From Alkalispirochaeta sp. (GTDB lineage Bacteria > Spirochaetota > Spirochaetia > DSM-27196 > Alkalispirochaetaceae): 64,000 bases of DNA. The stretch lies in contig OZ271854.1 of NCBI GenBank assembly GCA_965601925.1, positions 2,592,001 through 2,656,000 on the forward strand. Direction: 5' to 3'. Of this stretch, positions 58,440 to 64,000 are shown piece by piece. A program made the position numbers and the translations under genes. How positions within the stretch are numbered: position 1 is the first letter of the stretch; each line of letters opens with the position of its first letter. The notes beneath the pieces are model-generated. The model had not been told where the DNA came from. It searched no databases and worked only from the letters and a program-made list of their open reading frames with translations.

Positions 58440-59495
58440 CTAAAATGTCGAAAAGAGATGCTCGGTCCGGTGACGGTAGGTCCTACCGGGCCTCAGGATA
58501 ATCGGGGGAAACTCCGGCCGATTGGGGCTATCGGGAAAGAACTGACATTCCAAACAGAGCGCTTCGTGACCGCTGAGTGACTCTCCTCTGCGTCCGAGGC
58601 GGCCCGGGAGGTTGTTACCGCTGTAGAAGTGGACATCGGGGTAGGTGGTGGATACTACCATCTCGCGTCCGCTGGCGTGGGAGCGCACGCGCGCCGCCTC
58701 GCGTAGTTTCGGTTCGCCCGGTTGCCATCCGACGATGCGCAGCGAATGGTCGTACCCGTTGGCCCCGCCCGCGATTACCGCGTCGAGATCGCGCTCCACG
58801 GACTTCCACGTCGAAAAGTCGAATGGACCGCCCGCAACCGGTACCAGCCGTCCGCTCGGCACTCCACCGGTGACCTCCGCGACGGCGTCGACCGCGAGCC
58901 GGAGTTCGTGGTCCATGATCGTCCCGCGACCGGCCAAGTTCCAGTAGGTGTGGTTGGTCAGATTGACGACCGTCGGTGCGTCGGTGGTGGCGACGAACTC
59001 CATGATAAGCCGCATATCCTCGGTGACGCCGATCGTGTGGCGTACCTGCAGCGCGCCGGGATATCCCTCCTCGCCGTCGGGGCTCGTGCGTTCCAGATGC
59101 AGTAACGCTCCGTCCCCATCGGTCTCGGTACGGGTTTCATACCGGTACTTGTCGAATCCGCGTACCCCTCCGTGGAGGTGCAGCGAGCCCGAGTTGGAGG
59201 CGATGTCGTAGCGAGAGCCGTCGATCGTGAACCCGCCGCCGGAGATTCTGTTGCAGACCCTTCCGACGAGCGCCCCGTAGTACGGATGCCCCGCGAGGTA
59301 CTCTTCCAACGTGTCGTGGGCGAGCGTGATCTCACCCACCGCGCCGGATCGGTCCGGGGTACGGACGCTGGTGATGATCCCACCGTAGTCGGTGACCGAT
59401 ACCGTCAGGCCCTTCCCGTTGTCCAACACAAACAGCTCGGCCGTCTCCCCATCGGGGAGGCGACCGAAATCGTGACGAGTTACAGACGGAGCCAT
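58440..59495 (-). CDS. galM: Aldose 1-epimerase (galactose mutarotase)
   Basis: GR..NRI, HLHGG, EEGYPG, NLTNHTYWNL, GYDH, CLE.Q..PD.PN. Confidence 0.93.
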   Translation of the reverse strand: MAPSVTRHDFGRLPDGETAELFVLDNGKGLTVSVTDYGGIITSVRTPDRSGAVGEITLAHDTLEEYLAGHPYYGALVGRVCNRISGGGFTIDGSRYDIASNSGSLHLHGGVRGFDKYRYETRTETDGDGALLHLERTSPDGEEGYPGALQVRHTIGVTEDMRLIMEFVATTDAPTVVNLTNHTYWNLAGRGTIMDHELRLAVDAVAEVTGGVPSGRLVPVAGGPFDFSTWKSVERDLDAVIAGGANGYDHSLRIVGWQPGEPKLREAARVRSHASGREMVVSTTYPDVHFYSGNNLPGRLGRRGESLSGHEALCLECQFFPDSPNRPEFPPIILRPGRTYRHRTEHLFSTF

Positions 59496-59500
59496 CCGGA

Positions 59501-60511
59501 CTATACCGGCGGGCGCGCGACGTAGTCGTCGGCCTTCAGCAGCATCTTGACGTACTGGGCGCGACGATAGGTCCACTTATCGGGGGTCTTCTCTACGCTG
59601 AGCTTGCCGCGGAACTGGTCGAGGTCGGTGTAACCTTTGCGGTCCATCCACGCCTCGATATCTTTGAGGATCGTGCCGATCATGTCGACGCGGTTGCGAT
59701 AGAGGGTGCTCACCGCCTGGAACACGTCCGCGCCGGCCAACAGAACCTCGATTGCGTCTTCACCCGTATGGATTCCGTTCGAGGCGCAAATCGAACCGGA
59801 TACCTTCCCGTACAGCAGGCCGGCAAATCTGAGCGCCAAGCGGTGGTCGTTCGAGGTGCTGAGGTTGAACGGATACTGGCCGGTCTCTTTCTCGATATTG
59901 AAACTGGGGTGGAAGAGTCTGTTGAACAGGACGAATCCGTCTACGCCGACTTTGTCCATCTTGCCGATGATTTCCAACGGGCTGGTGTAGAAGGGGCTGA
60001 GTTTCACCGAAATGGGAACCTTGATCTTCGCCTTCACCTGCTTGAGCGCCTCGATCTGCTCGGCCTCGATCTCCGCCGCGCTTCTCGTTGAGTCTATGGG
60101 AATCGCGAAGAAGTTGAGCTCCAGGCCGTCGACGCCGGTCTCCTCCATGCGGAGCGCCCACTCGGTCCAGGTCGCGGGATTGACGCAGTTGAGGCTGCCG
60201 AAAACGGGGATAGAGACCGTCTCTTTGGTCTTACGCACCCACATGAGATGCTCGTCCGGTCCCCCGTGTTCGACATCGGGAAAGAGATCTTGGATTTCCG
60301 CATCCAGATTGTCGTTGATCGTCAACTCTTCTTCCATACGCATGCGCTGGAGCTGGATTTGCTCCTCGAAGAGGCTCTGAATGACGACTGCGGCGGCGTT
60401 TGCGTCCTCCATGCGCTTGATCGCGTCCATGTGGGCGGTCATGCTGCAGGCGCCAACGACGAAGGGGTTTTTGAGGGGAATACCCATGTAACGTGCCTGT
60501 AGATTGGCCAT
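59501..60511 (-). CDS. Dihydroorotate dehydrogenase-like flavoprotein
   Basis: LKNP, SLFEEQI, ELN, VKLSPF, VLFNR, GIH, GAD. Confidence 0.85.
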   Translation of the reverse strand: MANLQARYMGIPLKNPFVVGACSMTAHMDAIKRMEDANAAAVVIQSLFEEQIQLQRMRMEEELTINDNLDAEIQDLFPDVEHGGPDEHLMWVRKTKETVSIPVFGSLNCVNPATWTEWALRMEETGVDGLELNFFAIPIDSTRSAAEIEAEQIEALKQVKAKIKVPISVKLSPFYTSPLEIIGKMDKVGVDGFVLFNRLFHPSFNIEKETGQYPFNLSTSNDHRLALRFAGLLYGKVSGSICASNGIHTGEDAIEVLLAGADVFQAVSTLYRNRVDMIGTILKDIEAWMDRKGYTDLDQFRGKLSVEKTPDKWTYRRAQYVKMLLKADDYVARPPV

Positions 60512-60630
60512 TGTGTTGCTCCTTATTCGGTGTATCGGCGTGTCGTGGCCATTGTAGTCGCTGAAAAGGCCACCGTCAACGAGCGGTGCACCGGCCGGTA
60601 GCCGTCCGCCCGGAAGGCTGCGCTCTGCGC

Positions 60631-61620
60631 TCAGGTGGTGTCCAATCGGAGACGTATCCATTCGGTCGGCGTTATGCCGGTCCAGCGTCGAAAGGAGCGA
60701 TTGAACGAGCTTTGATCCTTGTAGCCGATCGCATAGGCGATCGCACCGATATCGCGTTCGCCTTCACGGAGCCGCGCAAATGTACGCTCCCTGCGGTACG
60801 TGTCGAGTGTCTCAGTGAATGAGATCCTCTCGTCGGCCAGGCGACGTTGTAACGAACGCGTCGACATTTGCATGTGGGCGGCGACGTCCCGGGCCAAAAA
60901 GCGTCCGCCGCAAAACGATTCAAACATGCGCTCGCGAATCGACAGTCGATCGAGGATACTCGCTCCCAACTCGTCGGCGACTCGCGTCAACGTCTTTCTC
61001 AGATCGGGATCGGCGTACGGGTTCGGGACGTCCCACACGCCCTTCGATAGACGCATTCCGGTCCGTCGAGATTCAAGCGTTACCGGTACACTCCAGAGGC
61101 GCTCAAAACACCGTGTGCTACCGTGGTCGGCGTGCGTAAGGTGTACTTCATCTATGGCGAAGCCCGGCGTAAGGCGTTGGCGGCCGTACAACACCGCTAA
61201 CGCCCATTGTTCCATGACGGCTCTATACGGCTCGGGACCTCGGTCGTGGAGCCAAATCCAGTCGTGAGCCCCCCTCTCTATGTACAGTGATACGTCATGG
61301 GACACTATGCCGCGATACCGATCCACAATCTGTAGTGCTTGTCCCACCGTATCGGCGGTGCCGGCTATGTGGTCCAACAGGTCGAGTTCGTAGTCCTGCA
61401 GACCGAATCCCACTTGGGTAGGGAGCGTGACGTCGGGTCGTTGATCGAACGCCAGCGCCCACAACGTTGTCAGGACATCGCCGGGAAGCGATGCGTAGGG
61501 ATCTTCGATCGCCGAGGGGGTGATCGTTCCTGCCCGGAATATGCGGGACATGTCGAGTCCGAGATTCTTACATCCGCTAAGTATCGCCCTCACGGCGAGA
61601 ACGGGTACTCGTTCCGACAT
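60631..61620 (-). CDS. AraC family regulator with OruR-type N-terminal domain (paralog 1)
   Basis: MS.RSLQRRL, IA..IGY.DQSSFNRSFRRWTG.TP; RBS AAGGAGG. Confidence 0.93.
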   Translation of the reverse strand: MSERVPVLAVRAILSGCKNLGLDMSRIFRAGTITPSAIEDPYASLPGDVLTTLWALAFDQRPDVTLPTQVGFGLQDYELDLLDHIAGTADTVGQALQIVDRYRGIVSHDVSLYIERGAHDWIWLHDRGPEPYRAVMEQWALAVLYGRQRLTPGFAIDEVHLTHADHGSTRCFERLWSVPVTLESRRTGMRLSKGVWDVPNPYADPDLRKTLTRVADELGASILDRLSIRERMFESFCGGRFLARDVAAHMQMSTRSLQRRLADERISFTETLDTYRRERTFARLREGERDIGAIAYAIGYKDQSSFNRSFRRWTGITPTEWIRLRLDTT

Positions 61621-61689
61621 CCTCTACCTCCTTACCGCGCGCGACCCGACCCCGCACGCCCTCGATGCGTCGTATCAGTTGCCGGCCCT

Positions 61690-62691
61690 CTACGACGCCT
61701 CGACGCGTTCGGCGACTCGGTGCGCCCATTCGGTCGGTGTCGTTCCGGTCCAGCGGCGAAAGGCGCGACTGAATGAACCCTGACCGTTGTAGCCGAGGCT
61801 GTAGGCAATGATACTGATATTCCGTTCACCCTCGTACAGCATGCGAAATGCCCGTTCGCGTCTGTGCTTGTCGAGCAACTCCTTGAAGGTAAGGCCCTCG
61901 TCGGAGAGTCGGCGTTGAAGGGAGCGAGGCGAGAGGTTAAAGTCGCGGGCGATCTCCTGCATCGAACAGCGGCCGGAGCCGAGCGTTTCGGACAAACGAT
62001 CTCTGAGAGTCGAGACGAACGAGGATCGATCGAGGATGCGCAACTCCAACCTGTCGGCGAGACGTGTGAGGGTCGAAAGGAGGTGCGGATTCGCGTCGGG
62101 ATTTTGGAGGCTCCACACTCCCTTCGACAGGCGTATCCCGCTGTATCGTCGCCCCAGTTTGACCGGCGCGCCCCACACCCGAGCAAAGCGATCGGCGTCA
62201 CCATTGTCCGGCTGCGAAAGATGAACCTCTTGAATCGAAAACCCTTTGCTCCTCCGGAATCGCGCGTAGGCCGACGCCAGGGTGAGCTGCTCGGCAATGA
62301 AACGGAACGGCGGCGGAATGTTCTCGACGATCCACAGCCACTCTCCGTGCCCGCCGGTCGTGCTCACCGCCGAGGTCTCGGATATGAGGTAACGGTAGTG
62401 TTTGAGGAGACGTATGGCGTGCCCGACCGACTCCGCGTTGTCGGCGATGTAATCCACGAGGTCGAATTCGTGGGGCGGCACGACCAGACCGGTCCTCGTC
62501 GGTAGCGTCGGATCGGGGATCGTATCGGCGGCTTCCATCCATACACGGTTGAATACCTTGTCGTCGATCGACGCAAACGGATCGGTCAACATCGCCGCGG
62601 ATATACCCTCTACGCGAAGCGCGTTCGATACATCCACGTCCAGGCTCCGCAGGCCCGCCAGCGTTGCCTTGAGAGAGACGATTCTAGTCAT
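61690..62691 (-). CDS. AraC family regulator with OruR-type N-terminal domain (paralog 2)
   Basis: LSPRSLQRRL, IAYSLGY..Q.SFSRAFRRWTG.TP; colinear with paralog 1. Confidence 0.93.
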   Translation of the reverse strand: MTRIVSLKATLAGLRSLDVDVSNALRVEGISAAMLTDPFASIDDKVFNRVWMEAADTIPDPTLPTRTGLVVPPHEFDLVDYIADNAESVGHAIRLLKHYRYLISETSAVSTTGGHGEWLWIVENIPPPFRFIAEQLTLASAYARFRRSKGFSIQEVHLSQPDNGDADRFARVWGAPVKLGRRYSGIRLSKGVWSLQNPDANPHLLSTLTRLADRLELRILDRSSFVSTLRDRLSETLGSGRCSMQEIARDFNLSPRSLQRRLSDEGLTFKELLDKHRRERAFRMLYEGERNISIIAYSLGYNGQGSFSRAFRRWTGTTPTEWAHRVAERVEAS

Positions 62692-62697
62692 ATACGC

Positions 62698-62937
62698 CTA
62701 CCGGACCCCGACACCTTCGGTGACGCGGCTCGCCCAATCGGCCGGCAATGTGACCTCGGGACGCCGGCTTAACGCACCGATCCACCGGCGCGCGAGGATC
62801 TCTCCGGGGACCGACGCGAGGGGATCCGTGAGCATCGCACGCTTTGCCCCGCAGGCGCGAAGGGTCTCGAATGGATCGAGGCCGATAGCGTCGAGGGCTG
62901 CGGCCGCCGCCGCCCGTATCGTCGTAGTCGGTATCAT
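62698..62937 (-). pseudogene. Third AraC paralog with a large in-frame internal deletion (79 aa)
   Basis: N-terminus aligns to both paralogs (MLTDP.AS, W..A...RP.VTLP) and is fused to a C-terminal ADWASRVTE resembling TEWAHRVAE of paralog 2. Confidence 0.75.
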
Positions 62938-63249
62938 GCAGTTCCCAATGTGGTTCCTTTCACCGTAGTTCCCGATCTCGGGGCACGCTTCCCACGCCGG
63001 CGCGGCGATGCGGATCCGGACGTGCGGGGGCGACTCCGATGATCACTGCGAGCGCCCGAAACACTATCGTTCCCGGACCATATCACGGGTGTCTACCGGC
63101 CGTCGCACGGTGGCGCGATATGCCGAAAAGATGGCGTGAAATGAGAATAAAACGTCGCGGCGCTTCGATATGGTCTCCCTCGTGACGGTGCGACGTCTCC
63201 GTCGTGCTGCGCAGCGCCGCATACGACGCGCCGTCGGAGGAGAGAAACG

Positions 63250-64000
63250 ATGAACATGAAACAGTACGCCATTATCGTAACGATTGTGACAGCCCTTGCG
63301 GCGTGCTCGTCCGGTGGTGGCGGTAGCGGTGGCGGCGATAGCTTCACACCGTGGGCCGCTGTCGAAACGGTGCGGGCCGGCGACAGTGAAAGAGCCGACG
63401 CGTTCGGCGCCGCAGTGGCGGTGTCGGGCGACTATATGCTCGTCGGTGCGCGACAATCCGACGGTGCCGGCAACTCCTCGGGCTCCGCCTACATCTTCCG
63501 ACGTACAGAATCAGGGTGGACTCGGGATGTGGAGCTTGCTCCGTCGGATCTCACCGACTTGAGCCGATTCGGCTATTCCGTCGCGATCGACGGCGATTAC
63601 GCGGTCGTCGGATCGCCCGACCAGACGGCGGAGCAGGGCCGGTTCGGTTCCGCATACATCTTTGAACGGACGTCCGGCGGATGGAGGCAGGTCGAGAAGG
63701 TGTATGAGCGGACCGACACCGACGGTTACGGCCGTGGGTTCGGTCGAGCGGTCGCTATCGAGGGGGAGTACGCCTATATCGGAGCACCCGGCGTCAACGC
63801 GCATCCGAACGCCGGAGCGGTCTACGTGTTTCAAAGGCGAACGGCCGGTTGGCGACGGGTTGCCAGACTTACCGCATCCGACTGTGCAAGGTTCGACTTT
63901 TTCGGCAACTCCCTCGCGATTGACGACGATACGCTCATCGTCGGGGCGGTATATACCGGAGTCTACGCGTTCTACCGTAGCGCCGACGGATGGTCGGACG
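63250..64000 (+). CDS. FG-GAP repeat (beta-propeller) lipoprotein, runs off the window end
   Basis: RBS GGAGGAG; MNMKQYAIIVTIVTALAA|C; repeats FG.(A/S)(V/L)A(V/I).GD...VG ... G(S/A)(A/V)Y(I/V)F; absent from the ORF track because it has no stop in the window. Confidence 0.88.
   Translation, partial: MNMKQYAIIVTIVTALAACSSGGGGSGGGDSFTPWAAVETVRAGDSERADAFGAAVAVSGDYMLVGARQSDGAGNSSGSAYIFRRTESGWTRDVELAPSDLTDLSRFGYSVAIDGDYAVVGSPDQTAEQGRFGSAYIFERTSGGWRQVEKVYERTDTDGYGRGFGRAVAIEGEYAYIGAPGVNAHPNAGAVYVFQRRTAGWRRVARLTASDCARFDFFGNSLAIDDDTLIVGAVYTGVYAFYRSADGWSD

Noticed and set aside
63250..64000. Frameshifted pseudogene, suspected because it is missing from the ORF track
   Set aside because: Manual translation from 63250 stays in frame through the FG-GAP repeats; it simply has no stop codon inside the window

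Overview
GC-rich, gene-dense bacterial chromosomal window. Gene content (spirochaete-style lipoproteins, an MCP, a Borrelia-order mevalonate operon, efp/epmA) suggests a free-living spirochaete (inference). It holds about 57 CDS and one tRNA-Arg(CCT); no transposase, phage, rRNA or CRISPR was seen. Main blocks: aminotransferase/EAL/Nudix/pirin genes; tRNA-Arg followed by structured tandem repeats; a YtrA-type ABC operon with operator and a 39-aa membrane peptide absent from the ORF track; a ~17 kb envelope locus (HAMP adenylate/guanylate cyclase, two barrel+lipoprotein pairs, a long coiled-coil protein, two large Ig/FN3 lipoproteins, a FecR protein); class II DAHP synthase, efp-epmA, patB-mtnN, an M16 peptidase; a pore-less voltage-sensor/HAMP protein beside xpaC-SBP-telA and a PAS kinase; fbaA; a six-gene mevalonate operon; mnmA-dusA-MCP; galM; an AraC triplication and a partial FG-GAP lipoprotein. 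Many genes look leaderless. The best candidates for undescribed systems are the cyclase-centred envelope locus and the voltage-sensor-HAMP/TelA/kinase neighbourhood. All family calls come from motif recognition by eye, with no database search.
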